DNA from: Schmidtea polychroa
Lineage: Eukaryota
Direction: 5' to 3'
DNA: 64,000 nt
NCBI GenBank assembly: GCA_044892525.1
Contig: CM097885.1
Coordinates: 48,672,001-48,736,000, forward strand
Positions within the stretch are counted from its first letter, which is position 1. Each line of letters begins with the position of its first letter. Made by a program: the position numbers and the translations under genes. Below the pieces are notes generated by a model, which made no database searches, was not told the origin of the DNA, and worked only from the letters and a program-made list of their open reading frames with translations. Below, piece by piece: positions 13,875-25,525 of the stretch.

Positions 13875-14811
13875 AGTAGTGTGTATATATACCCAACCAA
13901 CACAGCCCTCCCAACAAAAACATACCTCCATTACGCTTAAACCATTAGAAAACAACCCAAAACTTATGCTTTTATAGTATTTAACCCTATATTTTTTAAA
14001 ACAACCACCCTTAATCTTTAAAGCCTCAAACTCAAAAGCTTCAAACTAAAAAGAGAATAGAAAAGAAAATGGCATTATGAAAAAGTTAGAGGGCTATTTG
14101 GAATAGGGCTATATACACACTACTTTTGATCGCAATCAAACTCCGGAGTTGATCTTTATCAGATTATTGATTTTAAATTATAAAAATTAAAAAATAAATG
14201 AAAAATAGTAAAACTGCTCTGAGGGGACAGTGGTATTTTTTTTTTCACTGTCCCCTCAACAGTTTTTTTGATCCGGATCATTTCAACCTCTTTCGTTTAT
14301 CAAATCTCTTCTAATATACAAGCTGGCTAGACTCATACATCAGAATCAATCCGATAATAGCAGCACACCTTATTATTCGCTTCTCGCTCTAATACGATTT
14401 CATCGGCGTTTTAAGCGTGCTGCTCGAAAGTACAAATGAATTCGAAAGTGAATCCGAAAGAGGTCCGAAAACAACTGAGAAATAAATGTGCACATTAAAG
14501 AATCGATCCGGGGGTGTTCGAAAGACAGGTGGCGATAATTACCGGTTCGCCACCATCACACGTTTCAATAATTTTTTTTTCATATTTATGTTTAAAAATA
14601 AAATAATTAATAAAATAAATAAAATAAAATAAAAATAAATAAAATAAAATAAAAATAAATAAAATATACAACTACTTTATAAATCTAAAATACCCACACT
14701 ATTATTTTCAAATTTTTAATATTATTTTATGTTGAAAAAAAACTAACCACAGTTAGGATTTGAACCGCTATCCATTTGAACCACGGTGCCAGTCTAGCCC
14801 ACTGCGCTATC
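13875..14811 (+). repeat. Left TIR of Polinton
   Basis: Reverse complement of 27603-28564. The outer part is near-identical and the inner part more diverged. Confidence 0.92.
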
Positions 14812-14816
14812 TAGGT
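14735..14816 (-). ncRNA. tRNA-like Pol III unit in left TIR
   Basis: On the minus strand: A box TAGCGCAGTGG, B box GGTTCAAATCC and a T8 terminator, at tRNA-like spacing. Confidence 0.6.
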
Positions 14817-14917
14817 TTGGATTTTTGTCATTTTTTAGACTCTCACATTATGAAAATAAATATAAAAACATCATAAAAAATCAAAACAAGGTATCCAATA
14901 AAAAGTTTTTTCTAAAA

Positions 14918-17900
14918 ATGAATTGTAATATTTGTAATAAAGTTTTTAAAAATAAAACTGGATTGATTTCTCACTGTAAATCGAAAGCTCAATTATTAAA
15001 GGAAAATAATCTTAATGACACAAATTCAAAAGTTTGTCCTAAATGTAAAGGAAGATTTCTACATTCTGGATATAATAAACATTTTGAAAATTGTATCGGG
15101 GAAAATAGAGAAATATTTACATGTTCTCACTGTAACTTTTCAACAAAAGTAAATTTCTATTATTTAGAACATATAAAAGAATGTAAAAATAAAAAACAAA
15201 ATTCTGACGATGAAGAATGTCATTCAGAAGGAGAACCTGATTGTGTTGAAAGAGAAAAATATAACTGGGATGATTTTAATCATGTAGATGAATTTCAATT
15301 AGAAATCAATGGACCTATAACTCCTGGAGAATATATAAATAAAAATAAAAAAAATATTAAAAATTCTTTCAATGAAGCTTTAAAAAATTATAAACCGACA
15401 AGGTATAATGTTATAAAATATAAAATTATAATCAAAGCAAAATACTGGCGAGGAGCAGAAGAAAAGACAACACCTTTAGATGTTGAAATTGGAATACCCT
15501 TTAAATATTTATTTTCAACTAAAGGATTTGATAAAACCATCAAAGAAATAATTCAAGCAGTAGAAGCAAAACAAGAAGAGGTTGAAAATGAATTAGGAGA
15601 TTCAAACTTAGTATTCAACTCTTTCCAAACTTTAGTGATTGATTATTGATCTTATATTCCTACACCCTTTAAATCTAAAAATGTTATAAACATACAGAAT
15701 AATGATAACAAATGTTTAGTCTGGTCAATACTTGCACATTTACACCCTCAAGAATCAAACCCTCAAAGAGTTTCAAAATACAAACAATATGAAAATGAAT
15801 TAATATTTCCCAAAGGATTCAAACATCCAATGAAACTAGAAGACATTCCAAAATTTGAAAGTTTAAATAATCTTAAAATTAATATTTATGAACGTGTTAA
15901 AGGGAAACATGTTAATAGCAGAGAAATTATTCCAATTTATATTTCAGATTATGAAGTTAGAGATAATGAACCCCAGGATAACACTAGGGAGATATATCTT
16001 TTAATCTTGGAACAACAAAATAATCAACATTATGTTTTAATAAAAAACTTTCAAGCTTTTACATCACCAGAGAATCCAACTAGTGGAGGAGGAACATGTA
16101 AAAGATGTCTTCATTATTCAACAACTAAAAACTCTATGATTAAACATACAAGATTTTGTGAAAAAGATGAACCAGCTTTAATTAACATGCCTACAGATCC
16201 CAAGATGAATTTTAAAAACTTTTCAAATTTACTACAAACAGTAGGAGTGGTTTATGGAGACTTTGAATCTATAAATCGTAAACAAGATTTGGTTAACCAA
16301 TATTTAAAAATAATAGAAAAAAATAAACTCATGGATTCATGGAACTCCTCAGGAGAGAAGATGAAACCAGAGAGGATGAAAGCCTTTCTAAGAAAAAGAA
16401 ACAAACCTAATAGTGTTAAAAAATCTAAACAATTATCATCTGCTTATAAATTATTATTTAAAAGTAATTATCCTGAACTCATAGAATCTAGAGAATATAC
16501 ATTTCAAGGAATTTCAGAAACAGAAGTCTTGAATCATTTTACTAAAAATATAAATGATCTAGAACATGAAATATTTAAAGTATTAAAAACAAAATATGAA
16601 ATAAATTTTTCAATTGAACAATGGGAAGAATATGAAAATTCTTCAAATTGTTGGATGTGTAAACAACCATTTGAGAATCAACTCTTTGAGGATCAACTCC
16701 TTGAGGAACCTCCAAATAATGAAACTATTGAAGAAGAAGAACAAAGAATGTTTCATGAAAGACAATCTTCAAACATAAAAGTCCCCGATCATGATCATTT
16801 AATAAAGGAAAATAATTATCGAGGAGCAGCTCATAAAAATTGCAATCTTAATTGTCATACTCCTAAATTTGTACCTGTTATATTTCATAATCTTTTTGGT
16901 TATGACATACATCTATTTATTAAACATTTAGCAGAAAATGCTAAAAACTCTTTCAAAGTTATACGACTTACAAAGGAAAAATATAAATCAGTTGAATATG
17001 GAAAATTAAAATTTATAGACTCGTTAAACTTTCTTCAGATGTCTCTAGATGCAGTAGCAAAAACAATGAAACCAGAAAATTTTAAAATCACTCGAGAATT
17101 CTTGGAAAAAAATAATATTCCTCCAGAATAATATCCTACATGCTTAGCAAAAGGAATATATCCCTATGACTATGTTGACTTGTTTGAAAAATATAATGAA
17201 ACAAGTCTTCCTAGCCAAGAAGATTTCTCTTCACAACTTCAAAAATATCATATTACAAATCAAGAATATTCTCGAGCAAATAAAATGTGGGAATTATTCA
17301 AGTGTAAAACTTTAGGAGAATATACAAGTATGTATTTATCCTTGGATGTTTATATTCTAGCAGATTGCTTTGAAGAATTTACAAAATCTTTTGTTCTTAA
17401 ACCTTACAATTATATAACAGCACCCTCTTTAGCTTGGGATACTTTATTATATACCATTTGGACTTCAAATATAGAAGAAGGTGATAAAATTATAGATCTT
17501 TTAACTAACCTCGATATGTTTAACCAAATTAAAACAAACATTAGAGGAGGAGTCTCTTCAGTAATGGGGAATAGAGAAATAAAAGCTAGAAATGCAATAA
17601 CTACTAGCAGAAGGCTTTCAAAGACCTCTGATCCATATATAAAAATTAACAATGAGGAATTAAAAGAATTATTAAAAACAATGAAAAATCCTCTATTTAT
17701 ACTTTATATAGATGCAACAGCTCTATATTCAGGAATTATGACTCAATATTTACCAATGGGTGACTTTCATGAAATATACTCTGAAGATTCCTCAGAAAAA
17801 TCCTTAAAAGATCTTATAAAAGAAATACTTTCAACTCCTAAAGATTCTCCAATAGGTTACTTTGTAGAATGTGACTTATTATATCCAGATGATATAAAAT

Positions 17901-19324
17901 CAGGAACAAGATATTTCCCTTTAGCTCCTGTAAGAAGAAAGATTGATATCAACGAACTTTCTGAATGGCAAATCTCATAAGATAAACCTCCAACAATGAA
18001 ACTTCTTTGTGATCAAACAGATCGAACTTATTATCTTTGTCACTATAGACTCCTCCAATTTTATCTTTCACGAGGTATGATATTAAAAAAAGTTCATAGT
18101 GTCATAAGATTTAAACAAGCTCCATTCATGAAAGCTTTTATCGAGGAGAACATTAGGTGCCGAAACATTGCAAAAAGAGAAGGTAACCTTTTTAAAGATA
18201 ATAATTATAAACTTTTAAACAATTCAGTCTTTGGGAAAACAATGGAGAATGTTGATAAATATACTCATATTGAACTCCTAACTAATACTCCAAAAGATAT
18301 TAAGCGTTATAATCGTATGCTAGGAAAGCCTACATTTAAAAACGCACAAGTATTTTCTGAAAGTCTTACTGCAATAGAACTAAAGAATTTTGAGAAAACA
18401 TACAACAAACCAATATTTATAGGGTTTTCAATTTTAGAACTTTCAAAATTACAAATGTATGAAACATATTATAACATCTTACAACCTATATATGGTTCTA
18501 ATATATCAATGCATGCAATGGATACAGATTCAATGTTTTTAACAATAAGAACTCATGATTTACAAAGAGATATAGCTGAAAATCCTATACTTTCAAATTT
18601 AATAAATTCATCTGGAGAATTATTTTCGTTTAAAGATGAAAAACCTTTTACTCCTATAGAAAATGGAATATTTATTCGTTCTAAACAATATTCATACGAA
18701 ACATTTACAAATCCTGAATTTATAACTCGAACATTTATATTTAAAACCCCAGAAACAGAGGAATCTTTTACACATAAATATCCTATATTCCCTAAAGGAC
18801 AAGAAGAAAAACCTGTAAAGGATAACAGATGTAAAGGAATACAGAGATCAGTTGCAAAGAATCTTTCTCATCAAGATTATATAGATACATTAAACCCAGG
18901 TCATAAAGATAAAATTGATGAAATACATCAACTTAAAAGTGAAAACCATGATATTTACTTGATAGAATCCCAAAAAGTATCATTATCAAATTATGATGAT
19001 AAAAGATTCATCCTAAGCGATTTAAAGACAACTCTTCCTATAGGAAATAATTTAATCCCTATAATAAAAAATCTTGCTAGTTTGAATAAGTTATATGATA
19101 CAAAGATTACTGATCTTGATATTTATAATGTTGAAATCATTTATCCCGAGAGAGAAATCGAGAAGCCTTTATATTCTCAAGTTTTTAATCCTATACGTAT
19201 GGAACTTAAATATTTTAATACTGATCCTGAATATATAAAAGGTCTAAGTGATAAAGAATTTAAAGATCATAAAGAGGTTCTAAAAATTAAATTCGAAAAG
19301 TTAACATCAGATTCTATCAAATGA
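14918..19324 (+). pseudogene. pPolB: Protein-primed family B DNA polymerase, broken by three in-frame stops
   Basis: Four ORFs in one frame, separated by TGA 15647, TAA 17129 and TAA 17978. Motifs: N-terminal C2H2-like fingers, INIQNNDNKC, exonuclease VYGDFES and FHNLFGYD, DHDH...AHKNCN, KGIYPYDY, YIDATALY, KLLNNSVFGK, DTDS. Confidence 0.95.
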
Positions 19325-19398
19325 TTTTTTTCTTTTAAAAATGTCAACAATTAATTTAAGAGTGACAACATCAACCTTTTGAAGGGCAATAAATTTTT

Positions 19399-19989
19399 TT
19401 ATGTATGATTCTTTAGCCACTTCTCTCGTTTAATTTTTTTAGAATATTCATTACTTATAACATTAGCACTTTTTAATCTTATAACCTCATTTTTAATATC
19501 TTGTATTATTTGATTTGATTTCATTATTTCATCATCAGTTAAGATTCCATCTTCTAAAGCTTTTAATTGAAATAAAAATAATTTAGAGATTCCTAATTCT
19601 ATTGATAAACAAACTTCACGATATAAACTTTTCTTTTTAGAAGTATAAGATAATGAAACTATTTTAGTCAAGAAACCATCAGCTACAGAAATACTTCCAA
19701 GTATTACAGGTGCTATTGTTAAAACTGGTAAAGTTATAGGTAAAATAACTGTTAATATTGCAGATGTAAATCCTAAAGAATAACCTATAACTTTTAAAAC
19801 TGTATTCCCTTTATTCCATCTATTTTTAATTTTTTTATAATGCTTTAATAAATCTTGTAAATGTAAGGTTTCTGACTTAAATTCTTTTACTCTCATAATT
19901 TCAAGTTCTGTGGGAGCTGAGGGAGCCTTGGAAGAATAATATCTTGATGACAATTCTGGGTAAATTTTTTCTTCTCTTACTTCTTCCAT
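19399..19989 (-). CDS. Polinton membrane protein (two hydrophobic segments, PSAP motif)
   Basis: Intact 196-aa ORF with an IYPEL...APSAP N-terminus and a central hydrophobic hairpin. Confidence 0.7.
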   Translation of the reverse strand: MEEVREEKIYPELSSRYYSSKAPSAPTELEIMRVKEFKSETLHLQDLLKHYKKIKNRWNKGNTVLKVIGYSLGFTSAILTVILPITLPVLTIAPVILGSISVADGFLTKIVSLSYTSKKKSLYREVCLSIELGISKLFLFQLKALEDGILTDDEIMKSNQIIQDIKNEVIRLKSANVISNEYSKKIKREKWLKNHT

Positions 19990-19997
19990 TTTAATAA

Positions 19998-20588
19998 TTA
20001 AAAAAATAAGACTTTATTCTTCTGAGCACCATCTGGCACCAATACTCGGATATCAAAAGAAACTCTTGTTGAGAGAATATCTTTATACAATTCCATCAAT
20101 GCTTTACGAACTTCATCAACATCAACCTTTTTTTCATAAAATATTAAATCTATATATTGTACAAGTGTGCTTTTAAAAATAATATTCTTACTTTTAACTT
20201 TATGTAGTCCATGTGAATGAGTATTAACATACCAATCTCCGTGTGGTAAATCATAAATCGTAAATCATAAATCATTAAATCGTTGTTCGATATTATTAAG
20301 CTTTGATTCCATTGAATCCATTTTTGTTGTTAATGAACTTTCAATTCTTGTTGTTGTTAAATCAGTATAATTTTTAACACCATCAACATATTTTTTATTA
20401 ACTGCATCAGCTTCATCAGTTGGAAAAGATAATTCTTTTATCTTGTGTCCATTTAAAATTAAATCACCCTTCATTGAATCACCTCTTTCATTAATATATT
20501 TATTTTCTGTTAAAGTTAATATTTCTTCTGTATTAAACCCTGTTTTTATTGTTCCACCACCTCTATTACATGGAATATAAGAACTCAT
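19998..20588 (-). pseudogene. Fibre-like protein interrupted by a stop within a 7-bp microrepeat
   Basis: Has the GDSMKGDLILNGHKI...DAVNKKYVD fibre-type motif. The TGA at 20265-20267 lies in a (TGATTTA)-type tandem, and the same frame stays open to TAA at 19998-20000. Confidence 0.6.
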
Positions 20589-20612
20589 TTATTAATAATT
20601 TAAAATGAATCT

Positions 20613-21383
20613 TCAAACCTGTTTCAAATGTAAATACATTGAAATCTTTTCTCCATTAAAATCAATCAATTCTCCTTCTTGATTAAGAATTTTAAAATTA
20701 ATATCCATTATATATTTTCTACATAAAGGTAAATAATTTGGAGGATTCATTCTTTCAACTATTTTATATCCCATAGGAACTGTGTTTGAGGGAAAGGAAT
20801 ATAAAACATTTGTTTGTTTACCATTATTATAAGAACCTGTTATACAATCACAATGAATATTTATTGTGTTTGTATTTATTATTTTTATAATATTTTCTGA
20901 TGTTATATTCTCAACTACAGGTGTGATATAATGGTTTCGTGTAAATCCTAAAATTGTTCTAAAGAAACTATTATTTTGAAACCTAATTCCTATATTCTCT
21001 AAAGTCATTATACATTTTGAAGTTGGTAAATCCATTTTAATTTTAATGACTCCATTTGTTTTTTTAGAAAGTATATTATTTAAATCTTTTATCTCATAAG
21101 CTCCGGGTTCGATTGTTATTATAATCTTATCTGTAGATTTTGGGCTTATATAATAAAATATGTTATTATCTTTAGTTATATTAAAAATAGTATTATAAGC
21201 ACAAAACCATAATAGTCCTAATTCATAATTTAAATTTTGATCTAATTTAATTGAATCTTGAAAGTTTATAGTAAAGTCTGATTCTTTTGAATTTATAGAT
21301 AAAGTTCTTGAATATTTATCTGACATTATGTTTACCATTTTTTTTAAATTATCTTCTGGAGGGTTGTGAAGCTGTATTTTCAT
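20613..21383 (-). CDS. Minor capsid protein (penton)
   Basis: SDFTINF..IKLD..YELGL, PGAYEI, INIHCDCITGSY.NG...NVLYSF, GYKIVE...YLP and LIDFNGE motifs, typical of Polinton pentons. Confidence 0.85.
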   Translation of the reverse strand: MKIQLHNPPEDNLKKMVNIMSDKYSRTLSINSKESDFTINFQDSIKLDQNLNYELGLLWFCAYNTIFNITKDNNIFYYISPKSTDKIIITIEPGAYEIKDLNNILSKKTNGVIKIKMDLPTSKCIMTLENIGIRFQNNSFFRTILGFTRNHYITPVVENITSENIIKIINTNTINIHCDCITGSYNNGKQTNVLYSFPSNTVPMGYKIVERMNPPNYLPLCRKYIMDINFKILNQEGELIDFNGEKISMYLHLKQV

Positions 21384-21828
21384 AGTAGAGATTTTAGATC
21401 ATTATAAATTTCTTGGATTAAGGAAGTGAAACCTTCTCCTTTATTCAATCTATACAAAACATATAAGCTTATAATACCACATATTTTAGTATTATTAGGT
21501 TGAACTTGTAAAGAATTAAAAATATAGTCTCTCTTCGAGCTTTGACCTCCGGACAGATAGTCTTCAACTTCTTTAGTGGGTTTAATCCCAAAAGAATCAA
21601 AGTAGATAGGGACTTCGTCCATATATATATACAAACCCAATGAGATCCTTTTTCATTTGAATTTTGATAATTGATTATTATATTATTCTCTTTCAGACTC
21701 GACAATTCATCATTCATTAATATTTTTATTTTTAAATTTAAATAATTTGCATAATCTTTTAAATCAAAATTTGTTTTTGCATTTATTCCAAATGTTTTTA
21801 AAAAATCTAATATTGAAGGACAAGTCAT
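21380..21828 (-). pseudogene. Adenain-like cysteine protease, frameshifted
   Basis: IINY...GSHWVC is in one frame and YFDSFG...QVQ....ICG in another. The shift lies in the (AT)n run at ~21561-21571. Confidence 0.88.
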
Positions 21829-21836
21829 TTTGTATT

Positions 21837-22682
21837 TTATAACTTCGTATATTTATTAAATTTATCTTTTGAAATTATTCCTTGTTTTAACAAATCTTTA
21901 GAAATCTTTAAAATATCAGAATCTAAATTATTATGTCCTGCTTTCCTTGCAGATAATAGTTTTCTTAATTCAATAAAAAGATTGATTGGGTTTGGTTCAA
22001 CCAATCCCTCACCCTCTGTAACAACATAACCCTTTTCATTTTTATTTAAATAATTCTTTAAATCTTGAATATATTTTGCTTTAGAACTAGCTCTTATTAA
22101 TCTTATTAAATTTAAATATTTTTTAATTTCTTCAACATCATCTGAAGAATATCCACAAAGTAATCTATAAAAATCATCTGTAAATTCAAAGTCTAAATAT
22201 TCATTATTATAAACATTTTGTGAATGAATACGTGATTTATTTTCTGAATTTGAATATAAAGTAAAGTTTTGTTTATTAATTGTTATTATTTGATATCCTT
22301 CAGTATTAGTATTAAATGTGGGTCTAATTGAAGAAGATAAATCATCTCTAATTTTAGGATCAACTTTAAGAAGTTTTGTTTTGAAAAACATTTCTTCTTC
22401 TTCCACATTAGAAATTCTTCTGCGTTTTCTTTGATTTCTTTCAGAATGACTTTCAGGATGGTTTTCACTGGATTCTTTTTCTTTATCCTGCCACTCTAGT
22501 TCTTTTATTTTTTGTTTTTTATCTTCCAACTCTTTTATAGCTTTAATTGTTGGCCCCTGTTGTTGTGTTATTACCTCATTTAATATTATAGATTCAGCAT
22601 GTTGAGTTGTATCTTTTTTATTATATTTATCTTGTTCAGATTGTAATTTTTTTAAAAGTGCTAATCTTTCTTCATATACCAT
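21837..22682 (-). CDS. Polinton hypothetical protein
   Basis: Intact 281-aa ORF co-oriented with its neighbours. Has a basic NLS-like RKRRR and a C-terminal LRKLLSARKAGHNN motif. Confidence 0.7.
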   Translation of the reverse strand: MVYEERLALLKKLQSEQDKYNKKDTTQHAESIILNEVITQQQGPTIKAIKELEDKKQKIKELEWQDKEKESSENHPESHSERNQRKRRRISNVEEEEMFFKTKLLKVDPKIRDDLSSSIRPTFNTNTEGYQIITINKQNFTLYSNSENKSRIHSQNVYNNEYLDFEFTDDFYRLLCGYSSDDVEEIKKYLNLIRLIRASSKAKYIQDLKNYLNKNEKGYVVTEGEGLVEPNPINLFIELRKLLSARKAGHNNLDSDILKISKDLLKQGIISKDKFNKYTKL

Positions 22683-22704
22683 TTTTATGGTATTAAAAAT
22701 GGTA

Positions 22705-23298
22705 TCATCGGGGTTCGAAGGGCTTCAAGTATAAACCTTTACCATTTTTAGTTTTACAAAGGCATCCATTCTTTAAAGATTTATATATTTTTTTTAAATC
22801 TTCTTTATCTTTTGAAGATAAAGATTCAGATGTAGAAATTTGATTTTTTAAAAAATCATTTAAACCTCTACCTTTATAAGGATCAAGATAGAGACCCCTT
22901 CCCTGAGACTTTTGACCTTCGGACACTTTCTGATATGGATTAAGATAGAGACCTTTTCCAACGGACTTTTGACCTTCTGACACTTCCTTCTTTTTTATTG
23001 AATCGATTTCAGTTTGTAATTTTTCTTTTTCTAGGTCTGTCTTTTGAGATTCTTTAGCTTTTTGAACTGTAGTTGCAATGCCTCCAGCTATTCCAGCAGC
23101 ACCTGATAGTCCGGCAATGATTGCAGGTATTAAAGCAGCTAATGGAAGAATGCCACCTTCTTTAGTCGAAGAGCCCTTCAGCTTCGCTCTAACTTGTTCT
23201 TTTACATGTTTTCCAATAAAATATTTTTTACTATCAATTACTACTGATTTATTTTTATTTGAATTTATTAATTCTTGCAAAGATTCTTCAGTTGTCAT
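22705..23298 (-). CDS. Putative virion core/membrane-active precursor protein
   Basis: GGILPLAALIPAIIAGLSGAAGIAGG amphipathic segment and repeated G(K/R)GLYLxP motifs. Confidence 0.7.
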   Translation of the reverse strand: MTTEESLQELINSNKNKSVVIDSKKYFIGKHVKEQVRAKLKGSSTKEGGILPLAALIPAIIAGLSGAAGIAGGIATTVQKAKESQKTDLEKEKLQTEIDSIKKKEVSEGQKSVGKGLYLNPYQKVSEGQKSQGRGLYLDPYKGRGLNDFLKNQISTSESLSSKDKEDLKKIYKSLKNGCLCKTKNGKGLYLKPFEPR

Positions 23299-23313
23299 TT
23301 TATAATAAATAAA

Positions 23314-24117
23314 ATGGATGTACGAAGTCCAATAATTTGGAAACCAATTTTAAATAGACATAAATCTAAATTTAATAATAAAGTATTTCCTGATAATTTT
23401 AGATTATTAATTGTTGGTTCTTCTGGATGTGGAAAGAATGTACTTGTTTTGAAAATGTTGCTTGAAGATGATTTTTTAGATTATAATAATTTAATCTTTT
23501 ACTCTACAACTATAAATCAACCAGAATTACAACTTTTGAAATGTGGATTTGAAAATAAATTAACTAAAAAAGCAATAATTGATATTTTTAAAAATCAACA
23601 TAGATGTCCTGAAGAAGTTTTTCAACCTTGTGATATGGTTGATTGGTATAAGGAAAAGATTTTAGAATCAGATATTAGTAATAAAAATGATTATATTTGT
23701 GAAGAGGGGCAGGGGATTCAAGTTTTATTCTCTAATAAACCTGAAGATGTTTTACATTGTGATTTACTTCCTAAAGATAAAAAGAATCTAGTTATATTTG
23801 ATGATGTTGTTAATATGAAAAATCAAGAGATTCAAAAGAGTTACTTTACAAGAGGAAGACATAATAATTGTAATGTTATTTATATATCTCAAACTTATTA
23901 TGCTTTAGATAAAAATTCAATAAGAAATAATTCTAATTGTTTTATATTTTTTAAATTAGATCGCCGTGATAAGAATATGATTTATAATGACTTATTTTCA
24001 AATGTTGAACCTGATAAGAATATGTTTGATATGTTTGTTGATAATCATTGGAAAGAAAAATATAATTATATTTATTTGGATAGAGAAGAAGCTGAAATAT
24101 GGAAAAGTTTGTTTTAG
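23314..24117 (+). CDS. A32/FtsK-like genome packaging ATPase
   Basis: Walker A LLIVGSSGCGKN, Walker B LVIFDD, and RGRH, ISQ and IRNN motifs. Probable start is the AAAATG at 23314. Confidence 0.92.
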   Translation: MDVRSPIIWKPILNRHKSKFNNKVFPDNFRLLIVGSSGCGKNVLVLKMLLEDDFLDYNNLIFYSTTINQPELQLLKCGFENKLTKKAIIDIFKNQHRCPEEVFQPCDMVDWYKEKILESDISNKNDYICEEGQGIQVLFSNKPEDVLHCDLLPKDKKNLVIFDDVVNMKNQEIQKSYFTRGRHNNCNVIYISQTYYALDKNSIRNNSNCFIFFKLDRRDKNMIYNDLFSNVEPDKNMFDMFVDNHWKEKYNYIYLDREEAEIWKSLF

Positions 24118-24128
24118 GGCTTGTCGAC

Positions 24129-25508
24129 TTAAAAATCTGTTTTCTGTAACTCATTATTATAAAATCTACCTAATATTTTTTCATTATTTAAATCAATGAT
24201 GCTATATGTTATTGGAGTTGTATAATGTATTTTATTTATAATAAAAATTTCATTTGTCCATTTTGCTGTGAATCCTTTTTCAAATTTATTTTTATATTTA
24301 AATATTCTTACTCGGTCACCAATTTTAAACTTTGGTTTTTCAATAACATCATTTTCAATATTTACCACTTTAATGGTTTCAGGATTCATGGAAGCATTTA
24401 AAGGTGTTGATTTTATAGAACTATGTACATCATTATTATATTCATTTACAATCTTTTTTAACAACTCATTGTTCCATTTTTGTTTTCCAATAGCAGTAAA
24501 ATATTTCCACATTTTATTTTTTAATGTTCTATTTAATCTTTCAACTACGACTGCTTTTCCTTCGTTTTCTGTTGAATATAATTTAATATCATTTTCATTT
24601 AAAAACTTTGTAAAAACTTTGTTATAAAATTCTGTTCCTTTATCACTCCATAAATATTTTGGAATTCTTTGATGTTCTTCAAATATATTTTCAAATGCTT
24701 CTGTAATGGAATATCCTGTTTTATTTTCTAAACACCTTGCAAAGGCAAATCTTGTATATAAATCTATTACAGTTAAAATTATTTTATATTTTTCAGGGTC
24801 TGATGATTTGGTTGGCATAAAGACTAAATCTGCAGATCATGTTTGATCTTTTTCATGTACTTGAACTTTTAAATATTTTTTATTTTTTCTAAATTCATGG
24901 TGTAATTCGTTGGCATATTTTATTTGTGATTCTGTTGGGGTTAATAAACTAGTCTTGGATATATTCTCGAGGGATCTTTCAGCATCTGCTTGTTCAATAA
25001 TCTTTTTATTAGCAACATCTTTTGCCATCCTTGGTAAACTAGCACCTATGAAAATCTTACCTTTCATTGCTAATTTAACTAGAGCTCTTTGAATCTTTTC
25101 TTGGGTTGATGGATTTTGGATACTATTTAAATCATGTATTAAATTAACATCTGCAACATGTCTATCTCTAAGATCTTCTGAATTGTAAGCAATATCATGT
25201 TTTAAAGCTGCTTGGTCGATTCTATTTATTGGTTCTTCTCCTTGTTTGGGATTATTATTTTCATCTAATCTAATATCTAATCTTGTTCCTGGTCCGGTAT
25301 AGTTGTGTTTAAATAAATGTCTTTCACCTGGATATTTTTCTGTAGTAAAAGGTTTTAATATTGAAGATGTCACTTTTGAAGATTGTAGGTCGCCTCCGGC
25401 TCGTGGAATCATGTCGCCTCCTATATGTTTTTTAGTTTTTAGATGACTTGCTTTATGATGTCTTGTAACTTGACAATTACAACTTTCACATCTCCAATAG
25501 AGAGACAT
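24129..25508 (-). pseudogene. Zn-finger / parvovirus-like PLA2 / retroviral-type integrase fusion with one premature stop
   Basis: ORFs 24837-25508 and 24129-24818 are in frame. The stop replaces Trp in DQT(W)SADL. PLA2 motifs NYTGPGT and DQAALKHDIAY; integrase motifs LTVID, SDKGTEF and VERLNRTLK. Confidence 0.9.
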
Positions 25509-25525
25509 TTTAAAATGTTAAAATA

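Noticed and set aside
15647..17980. In-frame stops in pPolB read as a variant genetic code or programmed readthrough
   Set aside because: The stops are of mixed type (TGA, TAA), neighbouring genes end normally in TAA/TGA/TAG, and the element also has a frameshift, so ordinary decay explains them.
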